Assembly: GCA_052426225.1 (NCBI GenBank)
Contig: JBNJNM010000021.1
Coordinates: 2,046,001 to 2,110,000, forward strand
Direction: 5' to 3'
From: Zancudomyces culisetae HAW-14-8
Lineage: Eukaryota > Fungi > Kickxellomycota
Length of the DNA stretch: 64,000 bases
The notes under the pieces were generated by a model that searched no databases, was not told the DNA's origin, and saw only the letters and a list, made by a program, of their open reading frames with translations. This document shows, in pieces, positions 47,059-61,041 of this stretch. Numbering within the stretch: position 1 is the first letter of the stretch; each line of letters begins with the position of its first letter. A program made the translations under genes and the position numbers.

Positions 47059-49137
47059 TTTTGCTCGATATGTTTAACACAACGGCCAGTTTTCTCAATA
47101 TTTATTGATCGAAGCTGTACCTGGTTTTCATACAGCAGTTCTAATGTACGTTTACACGTACAGGATAGTTTAACGGGGTAGAAAAAGCAATCTTTAGCAG
47201 TAACCTGAATGTACAAAAGTTTATGTTCACTGCTTAACACCATATCTAGATAGAGATTTGATTTCCGTTAATTCAAAATCAGTATTTATCTCGATTCTTT
47301 GGATTTGATTTTTCAATGTTTTGATTTTTTACTCTAATGTTTCAAATCCGATTTTTGCTCCGTTTCTAGTTTTGTAAGTAAACTTTTTTACTTATATTCC
47401 AACACTATTCACAATACCCATAGAATTGCAGCGACAGGTTCTGGATATTTAGATTTTATAAGTTGATAACTTCAATTTAAAACCAGTTACTTCTTTAATA
47501 ATGATAGTTAATATCAGACCAGTTAGTATAAACAAAAAATAATATAGTAGAATTATAGTAGTTAACAGGGGTCTTTATATACTTGAAATAGCTACCATGC
47601 TCAGTACCGGTTGTTGATATTCTAGAAAGGTTTGATTCAGTAGTAGATAAATGCTAAATTATTCGTTTCAGCAAAATTATCAGCCTTGGAGGGTGTGGTT
47701 TCAAATATAAAATAGGCTTTATAGTTTTATATTAAAGATCAATGATGTTCTGTTGAAATAAAAGTTGGTTTAACTTCAATTGTATACAATAACTCATTGT
47801 GAGTTGAATAAGAAAATGTGTTGTAGTGATAAAAAATAAATCGTGGAATATTTTTTTGACATATGGTGTTACACGGATGATGAATTCGTCGATTTGTTAT
47901 TTACTGTAGTGTTACAAATGCGAAACAAATGTCTAATACATGAATTATCTAAAGGACTTACTTTTTGCTAGTGTTAAAAGAGAAAGTAAAAGTGTACTTG
48001 ATTATTAACTTTATTTTTAAATCATGGTGCTACATTTGGTAAACCTATATATAGTTTGGCATATTTTAATGATAAATGCCAAATATGTTTATATATTTTT
48101 TTGTTAGAAGATAATAACAGTCATAGCTAAAGAAATAGAGCTAATTTAATTTACTAGCACCATTTCTAATGATATTTGATATATTTGTTGAAAATATAGT
48201 TATTGCGAATAAGTTAATATCTAACACACAAGGAGTCTTTGTGATTTCATGTTTAGAGTTATTGTCAAGAAGGTAAGTGCTTTTAGCTGTCAATTCCAAA
48301 TGACATACGAAATATAACTAAATATATGATGAAAAAACAAAATTCGTTGAATTATAATGATGTCTTTTGAAAAAGAGATATTTCTTTCCCTTGATCCAAT
48401 GTTAGGTTGGTATATGGAGTCCTCAGCAGAAGGAGTAATTATCTATATAATTATTATTTATGATTTTTTGTAGTTTTATGTTGTATTAATTTACATGTCA
48501 ATAACAAATCATTTGTGGAATAGGTATTAATGCCTGGGTTTAATGTGGTTATAAATGTATCAAAAAGCAGGACTAAATTATAAAAGGTTGGTTGAGTAAA
48601 AAAGTGTAATGAAGATAAACAGTGGTGATATTTTCTAAAAAGTAGCGAATAGCAGAATCAGCGCAACTAGAAAATAAGAGGTGAGGAGGAGAAATGGCAG
48701 TGGTAAACCTTGTGACAGAATCATAAAGCAGTTAGGAAAAAATCAATTAAAATATTAAATGGGATCCAATTTCGCTATTGGGTAACAAGATGGGTTTTGT
48801 AAATGCAATTTTAATGAATATAACGAAAAATGAAAAGTGTATGTAAATGATTTATAATCATATATACTTGGTTACAGGCAAAAGTAACTCGGATGTGTAA
48901 TGCACTTTTTCAAGTGTATAAGTTCCTGTTTTCATAAAAATACCATCCGAGTCTTGAGTATGTACATAGGAAACCAGATATCAAGAAAAAAGTATAAATA
49001 GTCAACAGCTTTTGTCAAAAAAATACAAGTATCAATCATAAAACCACCTGGTATTCCATACTAAATACAAAAAGAAAACAATAATACCAATAAGGTTGAC
49101 TAATAAACCAATACAAGTCAAAATAAATAAACTAAAA

Positions 49138-49533
49138 ATGAGTTCATGCGACAAGAAAGACTGTTACAACAAAGATATTGGAAAGTGCAGAGATGCTCCT
49201 GGGGGTCGGTGTTCATGTGAGGTTGGAAAGTGTGAATGCTGCTGCAAGAAGGGACAAGGTTGTTCAGCCACCTCTGAAGGAAAATGTTGTTGTGAATCTG
49301 AAAAGTGCAATTGTGCTGAAAATAAGGAGGCTGGTGTCTCCTGTAGGTGTTTAGTAGGTAAAAAGTGTATCTGCAGGGAGGATGAGTGCAAGTGTGAAAG
49401 AAAAAGTATATGTCAGTGCAGAGATGGTAAAGGTTGTACATGTGGAGAACCATGTACGTGTGAACAAGCAACCTGTGAATGCAAGGAGGGTAAAGGCAAC
49501 AAATGTCACTGTGAATCTGGATGTAAATGTTAA
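49138..49533 (+). CDS. Long metallothionein-like Cys-rich protein (131 aa, 33 Cys), copy 2
   Basis: Mirror of 29386-29781; 9 amino-acid differences, all Cys conserved. Confidence 0.8.
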   Translation: MSSCDKKDCYNKDIGKCRDAPGGRCSCEVGKCECCCKKGQGCSATSEGKCCCESEKCNCAENKEAGVSCRCLVGKKCICREDECKCERKSICQCRDGKGCTCGEPCTCEQATCECKEGKGNKCHCESGCKC

Positions 49534-51864
49534 GAAGTAGTGGAGTAGTCATACTGTATGTCCCACAGCACATATTTGTAGTTGGGGTATTCGCTGCTTT
49601 TACTTTGGTATCATTAACAGATTCATACTTTTTTGTAACTGGTGAGAACAGACAGTTAGCAAAAAACCAAGATCATTTTACTTTGAACTCTTGATGTTTT
49701 TTTGTTTATTATTTATTAGCATACTCTTGCATTTTACCATAACCTGTGTAGTATTATAGTTTTAGAACTATTCTATTCTTCAGAAATAAATAAATACATA
49801 AATATATAGCCAGAATGTTGCAAAATATCAGTTGCTATTAAGCCTTGATTGCTTTGTTTGATTAACGAAAATAACAATAGTAGGAAATGCTAAAATCAAT
49901 AAACTCGGGTTGGATAAAACATTTTCATTTAATACTTAGGTGTGTATATCTGGCATTGAAACCTGCTATCACAAAAAACTCAAACCAAGACTATTTTCAA
50001 CAAACTACATTAATTTTGGTCTATCAATATATACAAAAAAGAACTGGTTTTATTTAAATAAGGTCTAAACCATCTTTATTGCTCTGGATTAAGGGAGAGC
50101 GTAGTAAATATGATACCTCTTATCAATAGCTGTACATAACTATGTTTATCCTACTCATATGCTAGATTAATAGACTTTGCTAGCCTGTTTCCAGGATCTA
50201 TGCGAATTTTGGTTAGCAATTTTAGAATCATCGACTTATTTGGAACCCGATTCGAATGCATATAATTATACCCTGTGAGTAGATTAATTCAATTTTCAGT
50301 CAATAATTTTTACCAGTTGGATGTTTTCCTGTTTAAAAGTAACCCACAGATTATATATATGTTTTATGATAGAGATACATTTTTCAATCAAGTACTGCAG
50401 TTTCACTGAATTGCCAAGTTCACACCTCTGGTTTATACAAGTATTTTATTCGTTTGAACCAATTCGACATATTTGAATTTATATGCTATTTTAAGGTAAC
50501 TGATAATTGGTTTTTTAATTACCTTTCAACCCTGACAAAACAAGTGTTTCAGACTTTTAATACTTTCAGAGCTACAATAATTTTCACCAGGAGTTCGTTA
50601 GTGTTCAATGGTTTTTCAACTTTCTTGAGTAGAATGTTAATCCATCATGTACCTCCACTCAAATAATATTTATATAATGCTATACAGTTATTCAAAGGTG
50701 TGTTCAGATCAGTAGCTACGGTTAGATATATAACCTTGAGTATTTTATTTTTTACTCCCATTTTTTACCTTGTAGTATAAACCATGCCACTTAACCCAAT
50801 AGTATGAATAGTATCACTTTTCAATTTATCTGTAACTGCTATTTTACAAAAATCAACACTCTTATGAACATAAACCAGATACCTTGCGGGAATGTTGTCA
50901 GTATTACCTGTATAATCCTTTCGTATACTCTGTTATGTTACAATATTGAATATTTCTCATAAACTTTATACAAATTGGTGTAGAATCATGATTTTCTGTT
51001 GATTCTAACATAACTCAGTAAAAACAACAGGTTATAACCTGTTGATATGAGGTGTATTACTTATTTTTGCCAGCTGAGATAACTCTGAAGTCGAGCAAAA
51101 ATATAGATATTGCTGACGACATATTACCAGAAAATTGCTTATTTTGATATTTGGAATTTTTTTAAACTCTTTTTTAATTCGAGTTGTATTCATTCAACTG
51201 ATAGAGTTTATTCAACTCTAAGCTCATGTATTGATCTAGGGTATTATTTGGTTGTTGAACTGAAATGGGATTGATTTCTCGTCATATATTTAAATAGTAA
51301 TACGAATGAGTATTGATTACTTGAAATATAGTATCACAACCGATTCATAAAACTCACAAATCTACTAAATATATCTAATCTCAAAGTACAACTATTTTAC
51401 CGATCCTAATACACAACTCTACCAAGAACCATTCAATAATCAACACAACAAGAATAACAGACATGAAATATCTGGTTTGTGTACGATGATAAATAGTGGA
51501 GTTGGAACATCTTTGTGTTACTAAGTTGATGGGATTTTTATAATATTAGCTAATTCATCTTGAAAATCAGAAAAAAGCCTAGGTTATTGGCTTGGAAATA
51601 AATCAACCTTCTGATTTGGTGTATAATCCTGGACAATGTGCAATCATCTGGATTCTCAATAATAATTATTTTCAATTCACGCTAAAAATAACCGCTTAAA
51701 TTAAAGTTGATAAATTAGAAAATAACAAAAAAATTAGGAAACAGTGAAAAGAAAACACATTTCTGCCGTTCAGCGCTTTATTCATTTTACTAGTTTACTT
51801 TAAATTACTAGCAACCCTATTAACCCAGAAGAGAGGAAACAAAAGTAAATCAGACCACTGCACA

Positions 51865-54800
51865 ATGTATTTCAACAAAAACAGCTGTGCATTTAACAAG
51901 CTTCCAGGAAGTGTCCTGTCAACCATATTTGTGCTTGCCCAGAACCCTCAGTTGTCACTCTTAAACAAAAATATGCACTATAGCTCGCAGCAAGTGAGCA
52001 CTATTAGCAAGTACATACTTCAATACATTTTGCCATGCACAGGGTTTCTTTCCCAGTGGAGGTCGAGAGACATATTCGAGAGTTACACCAGAATTAGAGC
52101 TAATGAAGCTATTGGGATACTGGTTTTGAGAAGCATCAAGAACCTGGACTACGGAACAGCTCTAGATATGGCATTTGAGTATAGGTGGGGAAATGTTGTA
52201 ATTAAGTTGCTCAAGATGTATGTAGTGATTGATAAGAATACCTCAAAAATTATGCATAAGGGTACTTTATTTATAAAGGAGGGTGAATATTTGGATATTG
52301 ACATTGAAAATTTGTTCTCAGAAGGAAACAAAGCACAAATAGAAGAAACGGACATTTGGGTTTCTGATTCTATCTGTATTAAACCAATAATAACTAAAAT
52401 CAATGCCTCATCACTTTTAATACGCGAGATGGTTAATATTGCTGGGGAAAACGATATCGAACTATTAATAAATATATGTAACACTAGGTTTGAGTTTCCG
52501 CCAGAGATATGTAGTTCTGTCGGGAGAGATATTAGATGCATTGATGACAAATTTATGATATGTTGTATATTAGTGGCTGCACATGAAACCTGTCAATTGC
52601 ACAATCTTGAATGGCTAAAAAGAATTTTGGATCTGGAAATGAGCACAGACCTTTCTTTTAGACAGCTACAACTATTTGCTGCATCTCGTGATAATCCCAT
52701 TGATGAAGCTTTTAACACTTTTATTATGCAATATAAAAACACGGATAACATGGAGTTGTTGGTATACATGCTGGTTGTATATTATTCAATTTCTTTGAAT
52801 ATAAAAAGCTTTATCTCATATCTCAAAGATAACTACTTTAGCGGTATACACGCACAAATATTGTTCGATGCAGCGGTCTATCATAGAGATGGGGTATTAG
52901 TCAAGGAATACTTTTTCAAAATTGAATTAGACTCGGAAAACATCAGAAAAATAACAGAAATGGCATACGAAAGTGGTAATACTGATCTCATAAGACTACT
53001 TTTAAATCACAGTGATAAATTGAAAGGGGATCTGAGCGAAAAAGTTTTGAAAACGGCTATAAAAGAGAACGACTACAAACTAGCGCTGGAAATCATAAAT
53101 AGATATCCAAATATAGTGAGTATTAATTGTTTAGAGAAAGCTGTGGAAAGTGGAGATACCAGAATTGTAAAACTACTTGTTGAATCTGGAGCGGATTTAA
53201 AATTACCTCATTTTGAAGGAATACTAATTGCCGTCAAAAAAAAGGATATCAATGTGTTACAATTGCTATTGGAAAATGGTGCTTCTGTTGAGCCAAATAT
53301 TCAGCATGGTATTGAAAAGTCGAGTAGTGTTAAAAATTATGAAATAGCAGAACGATTGTTGATGTTTTCAGAAGATAAGCTTAAGGTTAAGTGTAAAACT
53401 TTAGGAGACAAACTCAAATTTGGAACGAGACTGAAGTTTAGTAAAACAATAATGTGTCTTATTGGACTTTATCAAAAATATGATGCATATAATGATAATG
53501 CCGAGCTTGATGATTTTTATGAATATATGGATTTATACGAGAAAATAATGACAAGTACAAACTCAAAAAAAAAGGACATCACCAATGTATGTGCATCATA
53601 TTTTGCAACTCTTTTACATCGTTCTTGTAACAACCAAAGTAAAAGAGCTTGTTACGATAAAGTGGTTGAGATTATTGAATATATTCTTGAAAACGACCCA
53701 GAAATAACATTCAACAACACTGAACACTGTGAAACCAACGAGTCAGAAAACGAGAAAAATGTAGAGCTATTAAATGATGAGCATTATGAGCTAGCAAAGT
53801 CAGAATTGGTGGACCGAAACTTTAAAATGTTGAAACTGTTAATAGAGAATGGAATGAGTGTCAATTCGCATGATAGTTTAATCTTGAGAACAGCATACAA
53901 AGCAGGTGATATTGATTGGATAGATTACTTTATCAGTAAAGGTGCAAAACTAAGAGATGAATCGGATGGGTTTGAACAGGCGTGTGAATCAGATAAAGTT
54001 GAAGTTTTGCAGCACTGGATGAAGAATGGTGGTGTTGTACCCAAGAATCCAGAATATCCTTGTATCAACATGGCGTGTTTACTAGGTAATTTTGATATGG
54101 TTAAATTATTAGTAAAAAATGGAGTTGATTTGAGCGATCCAGCTCGAAATGGAATTAGGATTTCATGTAGACTGGGTTTCAAGAAAACTCTGAAATATCT
54201 CTTGGATAACAATGCTGCTGTAGGATATCTTTGTAGATACCAATTAGAGTATGCGTGTTTAATTGAGGACATTAGGTTGGTGAAGACAATTCTTGTGTAT
54301 TATGTTGGTTTGGGAGTATTACAAAAAAAAGATAAAACAGACACAAAGGAAGGGGAATTACAACATGATTTATTCTTGGGTCATGAAAACACCGTTTGTT
54401 CTAAAGAATACAGGATCACTAAAATACTACTTGATAGGGGTAAACCCATCCAGAATGGCGATCTGTTATATGGGATAAACACTGCAATTAAAACAAATAA
54501 CATTGAAATATTAAAGTTACTGCTGACTTATAAGATTGATCTCAATGATGCTGGTGAAATAGCAGAATTTGCTGTGCAGATGGGAAATATTGAGGTGGTA
54601 AAACTACTTTTGGAGAATGGGCTAAGTGTTATGGACTACACTAATATTCTAGATGTACCACTCAAAGCAAATAATATTGAGATGGTCAGATTATTGTTGG
54701 AACATGGTGTAAAAATTGATAAATATTCATATTACATTAAAGATTATCCTAACTTAGACAATATTGAAACTCTACAGTTAATATTGAACTATTGCCCTGA

Positions 54801-55278
54801 GCTTGGTGGAGTCTCTCGCCTACTCGAATCTGCTATTCTGAATGACAAACTAGAGGCAACTAAATTGCTTTTGAAAGATACGACTACGCTTGAAAATAAC
54901 GAATTGGATTTCGTATTCTATGCCTGTAGAAATAATAGCTTAGAAATTCTGAAGCTGTTGTTTGAAAAGGGGCTAAAGGTAAAAAGAGGATGTGATAGTG
55001 GAGTGGTTCAGACGTGTGAGAATAATAATTTGGAAATGCTGAGACTCTTGCTGAAAAGAAATCCAAACTTGGTACTAAAAAAAGATTATGGGCTTAAAGA
55101 GGCAGTGAAACACGGAAATGTAGAAATGATCAAGTTGTTGATAAAGTATGGTGTTGATGCAAGTGCGCACAGGGAATGGATTATGAGGGTTGCAAAAGAC
55201 CTAAGTGATAAAGATTTAATTGAGCTTTGTCAACGTGCAGAAAGAGAAAACAAAAGTTTAGAACTTTTGTGTGTATGA
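51865..55278 (+). CDS. Intronless 1137-aa ankyrin-repeat protein, copy 2
   Basis: Mirror of 23642-27055; 16 amino-acid differences counted. Confidence 0.9.
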   Translation: MYFNKNSCAFNKLPGSVLSTIFVLAQNPQLSLLNKNMHYSSQQVSTISKYILQYILPCTGFLSQWRSRDIFESYTRIRANEAIGILVLRSIKNLDYGTALDMAFEYRWGNVVIKLLKMYVVIDKNTSKIMHKGTLFIKEGEYLDIDIENLFSEGNKAQIEETDIWVSDSICIKPIITKINASSLLIREMVNIAGENDIELLINICNTRFEFPPEICSSVGRDIRCIDDKFMICCILVAAHETCQLHNLEWLKRILDLEMSTDLSFRQLQLFAASRDNPIDEAFNTFIMQYKNTDNMELLVYMLVVYYSISLNIKSFISYLKDNYFSGIHAQILFDAAVYHRDGVLVKEYFFKIELDSENIRKITEMAYESGNTDLIRLLLNHSDKLKGDLSEKVLKTAIKENDYKLALEIINRYPNIVSINCLEKAVESGDTRIVKLLVESGADLKLPHFEGILIAVKKKDINVLQLLLENGASVEPNIQHGIEKSSSVKNYEIAERLLMFSEDKLKVKCKTLGDKLKFGTRLKFSKTIMCLIGLYQKYDAYNDNAELDDFYEYMDLYEKIMTSTNSKKKDITNVCASYFATLLHRSCNNQSKRACYDKVVEIIEYILENDPEITFNNTEHCETNESENEKNVELLNDEHYELAKSELVDRNFKMLKLLIENGMSVNSHDSLILRTAYKAGDIDWIDYFISKGAKLRDESDGFEQACESDKVEVLQHWMKNGGVVPKNPEYPCINMACLLGNFDMVKLLVKNGVDLSDPARNGIRISCRLGFKKTLKYLLDNNAAVGYLCRYQLEYACLIEDIRLVKTILVYYVGLGVLQKKDKTDTKEGELQHDLFLGHENTVCSKEYRITKILLDRGKPIQNGDLLYGINTAIKTNNIEILKLLLTYKIDLNDAGEIAEFAVQMGNIEVVKLLLENGLSVMDYTNILDVPLKANNIEMVRLLLEHGVKIDKYSYYIKDYPNLDNIETLQLILNYCPELGGVSRLLESAILNDKLEATKLLLKDTTTLENNELDFVFYACRNNSLEILKLLFEKGLKVKRGCDSGVVQTCENNNLEMLRLLLKRNPNLVLKKDYGLKEAVKHGNVEMIKLLIKYGVDASAHREWIMRVAKDLSDKDLIELCQRAERENKSLELLCV

Positions 55279-56891
55279 ACGGACACTAGCAAAAAATACT
55301 TTTACAATACACGAACGGTTTTTTTAGAATAGTCAACTGTATTGCTGTGTTGTTATACACCACCATCTTGTTATTTTTATCAACTAAACTCTCTAAATTA
55401 CTGATAAACATTACATGTGTTGAGTTGTATATTATACTCTGTAGATATTACTGTTTATGAATATTGATGGAGTACTAAAATATTAAATGGTCACTTCAAT
55501 AAATAGATTTTATATAGCTTCAACATCGTAGATAATTAACATTGATGTTATTCGGATTGTAGAGTGACAATCCAGCCCCAACTGTGTTTTGAATAGGTGG
55601 GTTTTCTGTACTCTCCTAAAAAATAAATGCTGAGAAACAACTTTTATTCTTAATTGTTGGGGGAAAACGCAAGTTCATAACTCTGAACTTTACTATTCTC
55701 AAGACCCAAGCCCAACAAAAATGACTTTACATTGATTGGAATTATACTATTGTAAACAAACTGTCAGTTTTCATCAAGTCTGTGTGATAGTTTTGTAGTG
55801 AGTTTCTTATTGCTAGCAGCCTGGTGTTATTTCTATGGTCCAGACTTGCTTCAAAATTATCAAGATAATCTGCGATTACTATTTATTTGTTAAATAGGCG
55901 CTAAAAACTTGGTTGTGCGATTGAACTAGTACCGAACAATACAAAAAAACCCACCTTTTTTATTTGGAAATAAGAGTGATTAAGCTTCTTAATATCTGGA
56001 TTACAGCCACAGAGTGTTATACGCATTTTTCTGGATGTGTAATATGACGTCTGATGATATCTATAAAAAGCGTTTCAACCAATAACAGATGTGTATTTAT
56101 TGCATCCAGTACACCTTTTCGGTTTTCATAAAATCCGACATTTAAGAACATCTATCCTAACATATCTTAAAGTCGCTTATTCTTTGCTGCGTTACAGAGG
56201 GTAACGAGTCTTTTGGGTTTAAATAGCCAAAAAAAAACACTTTTGCCAATACCCACCAATACCCACCAATACCCACCAATGTTTGGATTTTTACATTGCC
56301 AAGAAAACATAAAAGTAAGCAATGATGTGTGTAGTGATGATTACAGGTTTTCATATTCGTAAATTGATAAAAGTATTAATATCATGAAATATCGGTATAA
56401 TCTGTCAAAATAATAATTATCCCCAATAAAAAATACCAAGTGATATAAAGAAAGAAGTGAAATGAACACGGGCTAGATACAGTGGAGACGTAAAAATATC
56501 CAACAAACATTCTCTGGAATACCCAGTTTTAGTGTTAACCACTGGTTATATTTAAAGAAAGTAGGAAATGGAGTACTATGTTGTATCAATAGAAACTAGC
56601 CATTCCAACTCATCTTGTATAAACTCCAATATAATACCCACTATCACCCTCGCTCACTTATTATCCCTTCATATCCAAAATATGGCAGTTTAAATGTAGC
56701 TCTAAATATTTAATCAACCAGAAAATACACCAGCTTTGAGCTAGACAAGATTATATTCACCAAATCAAAACAAAACTCTATAATTATAATATATTATTGG
56801 TAGTTAAGATGTATCCCCTCTAAATAAAGTGGATATAGAGTACAGTAAAAACTGACTATTTCTAGTTGGGTATTCGAGTGGTTTCTCATTT

Positions 56892-57934
56892 TCATTTATC
56901 TTTCTTTAACTCGGATACATTCTGACTCCCATCACCTTTATCCTCTGTTTCCATTTCAATACTAGGATCAATTCTTCTCACTGGCCCTGTTGTCAGGATA
57001 CGACTAGTAAACACATCCAAAAATCTATTTTATAACGATATTGTACAATTACATATAGTAGCCATCATCTATATTATATGGCAGTATTTGTATCATACCA
57101 TACCATACCATACCATACCATACCATACCATACCGTACCATACCATATAAATATATTTAAACAAATCCATTATTTATCAATCATAAAATTACTCACCCCA
57201 ATATATTTTTGGATTTCCATGGTCTCACCAACACTCCTGTTTGTGGTGTATTGAATACATGAACCCTGAAACATGGGCTTGATACCAACGCCAAATTAAT
57301 CATTATAGTTTGGACTACTAATGGCTGGTTGAATCTAAATATCCAGTGTAAAACTCCTGCTACCAAAATCAGTAATACTGTATGTATACGCTGTTTGTTT
57401 GCCTCTCCCACATCATAGTCTCTGTATGTGGTAACTATCGGTGGTTGGTTTGGATCGGGATTTTCGTACTCAAATGGTCTCAAATCGTTTTCTTCATTGA
57501 TACTTTGTTGAAGGACGGCTGAAAGGCCATAGTACAATATACCTGATGATATGAATGCAAGTCTCATGTATCTAGTATAGTTTATCCAGATTAATTACAT
57601 ATTGCTAAATTTGACTCTTTCTTTAATACATAATTTGTAAACAATAGTAAAAATGATTTAAAATTCCAAACTAAATAAGTACCAACATACACATAGCCCA
57701 AATAATATGAGTAGAGTATGAAAAATAAATACTTCAAACTTACGGAATATTGGCAGGGTTTTCCAAGTCATATATTTGTATTATAAATCTAGCGCTGGCA
57801 AGTGCCACGCCATATAAAATCTACAGTGTGTAAAACAAGCAAACTTGTTAGTAATTTTATGGCATTATTTATTGTTTCAAATACGCTACTAGTATAACAG
57901 TTGTACTTACATAGTTGGTATACTGCTCAAGCAT
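56892..57934 (-). CDS. PHO88: Pho88/Snd3-family protein, copy 2
   Basis: Mirror of 20994-22038 with intact splice sites. Confidence 0.82.
57094..57147 (-). repeat. (TATGG)n microsatellite, copy 2
   Basis: (CCATA)n on the + strand with one variant unit. Confidence 0.9.
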
Positions 57935-58806
57935 GCTTTCGAGTGCGTATTGTTACTTTTCGAAATATTTCAAGTCTATTTTCAAAGGTGTGTAACCAAA
58001 CAAGAAGTCGTGTCAGGATTTGTCGAGTTGGTGATTATATTATTTAATACCAAATCTAGAACTGAATGAATAAACAATCGAGTGTGTAAATCACTGGTGT
58101 ATGTCTTATTCCGTATTCTATTTTTCGAACAAATATACTCCAAAAAGTCGTGATTCCGTTATCAAAACTTGGTATAAAATGTATTAGAGTGGATATCAAA
58201 GCTGTTAGGATAGTTGATAAAAGGCTGTTAAAGCGAGTGTAGCGCAATTATTTTCAGGTTTTGAATCCAACTCGTGGGTGAAAGCTTTGCTGGATCATGA
58301 TGGTTGGGCAACTCCATCCAATAATTTCTCTGCAATTACCCAAATATTTTCTTTTTTTACAATATGACCAACAATTTCTCGTTTTCAAATCGGCTATTTG
58401 ATTTGCTCTGATTGATGTTCACATACTCAATCACATTTAAAGAAAATATTAGCTTTTGCTATTATCCTGTAAATTGAGCAAATCATATATGGATGCAAAA
58501 AACGTGTCAGAATCCACCTCAATAACATTACAACTTTTTTATTCATGTATATGGGTGTTTGAAAGCAAAAAACACGGGTCTCAATTCAGAACTATGATTC
58601 GAACACCCATTAAATGTTAAATCATACTTTCTGACCATTGATAGATCTGTCTCTTACAAATTTCCACATTACATCAACACTTTCTTTTCTATCTTCACCC
58701 ACCACAGCATTGACTGCTACACTTAGCAATTATCCATTTCTTTATTATACAAATGCTTTAGAATGCTATATAACATCATTGAGAAATCGCTAGCAAGAAA
58801 AACATC

Positions 58807-60640
58807 TCAACTTTGACCGTACAACTTAAACGATCTATCATAACCGCATGATGCTATATACTCGCTAGATACATCCACACCCATCACTTTTCCTTCATGT
58901 CCGTGTAATGTATTTATCAATTTGTAATCAACACCACTCCATACCTTGATTGAGCCGTCAAATGAACTTGTAACCAACACTTCTGTAGACGTATTCACTC
59001 CATTCTTCAAGTAACACATCTGTGATATTATAGAATTATGTGCTGGAAGTGAATATGTTTGTTTCAATGCCCGAATATCGTAAATCCTAACTGAATTATC
59101 ACCGCCTCCTGTCCCAATAACATATCCATTCTGTGACCAATCAACTGTGTATATCTCTCCCATATGTCCTGTCAATGTCATTGCTGATTTTCCCGTCCGA
59201 ATATCCCACACTCTTCCTATCCCATCCAGCCCCGCGCTTGCCAATAATGATCCATCACCCTGAAATTTCACAACATGTACTTGGCGTGAGTGTCCCTCTT
59301 GCAAACACAACTCCTTACAGCTTTCTATGTCCCACAATCGCCAACTACCATCATAGCTCGCACTAGCCAAATATGACCCCATTGGGTGATGATCAATATG
59401 CACTACTCTTGCCATATGGCCAACCAGTTGACCCACTGGTGGCTTCTGTGATTCTAAACTCCAGAGCTTGATTGTGTTGTCTGTACTACCTGTTGCAATA
59501 TTTGCTGCTGTTTCATCAAGATTGATGGTTGATTGAGGATGAAATGAGATTCCTCCAATTTTATCATTATGGCCTTTCAATGTGTTCAGCTGCTGTGATG
59601 ACTTTGTGTCCCACAACTTGACAATTCCGGACCATGATCCAGTAGCCAATATTTGTTGGTTAGGTGAAAACTTTATACAACTCAATGGTCGTAAATCCCC
59701 GTACTCTGATGAATAAACTGTGTAATTCCTAAATCTATCAAATAGTGATTTTCGGGATGATTTAATCAGAGCTAGAGGTACTTCGGTGTATTTTTTTTGA
59801 GACTTGACACGATCTCGTGCCTTTGATAGTGAATATACCGCCATTTTTCTACGTGCAAACATTAGCTGAGGCGGTCCCTCTGTATAAAACTCTTCGGTTT
59901 GCTCTGCTTCACTTTCCTATGTGTATAGTTTGTATAATTAAGTATTTTCAAGTGTAAACAACTGTATAATTTCATCAATATTCCGAGAAAAACTCACACT
60001 AGACTCTGATTCAGGCACTTCTTGATTTTCTAGCAGTTTTTGTGACATTATTACTCTCAATCGATCCCTTCTATCACCAGGCTATTTATTATTCAGTTTC
60101 AATTCATTTTATCAAATATCTCAACTTTGATTATTATAAAAATTCCACTACCACAAGTTTGCATATGTTGTAATATATTCCAACTATTTTACACAGCAAC
60201 AATATAAATCTTACCCCTTCTCCAAACAGACAGGTGGGTTCGCCATATTCTCGCAACTTCAATCGAACTTTGAGATCCTCGGTAGGAACTGCTATTTTTC
60301 GAGCCGCCTCCCGCCTCTCAAACTCGTTCAGTAGTGCTTGCTGTTCCTGTTTGGCCTGTAGTTGTATTTCAGTCAATTCTCTGTCGCTTGCTTCACCTAA
60401 AAAGATTTATATGAAAAATTAGCTTTCTTGTTACATCGAGCTATGTATATAAGTCTACTTTTATAATATCATGTTAGAGAAAAACTAGAAACCCTCAGCT
60501 CTAAGGTTTACAACCAACAACTCACTTAGTTCGTCCAAATCAATTCCGGTTTCATCTTGCTCATGGTTGTCATTTTGGCGATCTAGAAGAGTGTGCTCGA
60601 GACTCCCAAAATATATTCGTTGATTTTCGTCATTTTCCAT
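58807..60640 (-). CDS. PRP4: U4/U6 snRNP protein Prp4, copy 2
   Basis: Mirror of 18288-20121; the 351-aa WD40 ORF is identical. Confidence 0.93.
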
Positions 60641-60847
60641 TTTACAAGGGTATAAATACAGGAGAGTATACTTGTATTTTTTAAACGATTTTGAAGTAGA
60701 GAATTAGTACTTTTGGCCTTGATATTTTGCTAAAAGGCTGTAAAACCAGAATGATATTAGTATAATAAAGTGATTTGTGAAAAATGAACACAATTATCAC
60801 GAAAAATATTTCGAATCGAATTATCTGGAATCGAAATCCCAAACTAG

Positions 60848-61041
60848 ACTACCTAACTACCCAACTACCTAACTACCTAACTACCTAACTACCTAACTAC
60901 CTAACTACCTAACTACCTAACTACCTAACTACCTAACTACCTAACTACCTAACTACCTAACTACCTAACTACCTAACTACCAAACTACCTAACTACCTAA
61001 CTACCAAACTACCTAACTACCAAACCACCTAACTACCTAAC
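60848..61041 (-). repeat. (TTAGGTAG)n tandem repeat, copy 2, ~24 units
   Basis: (CTACCTAA)n on the + strand; 24 bp (3 units) longer than the left copy. Confidence 0.95.
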
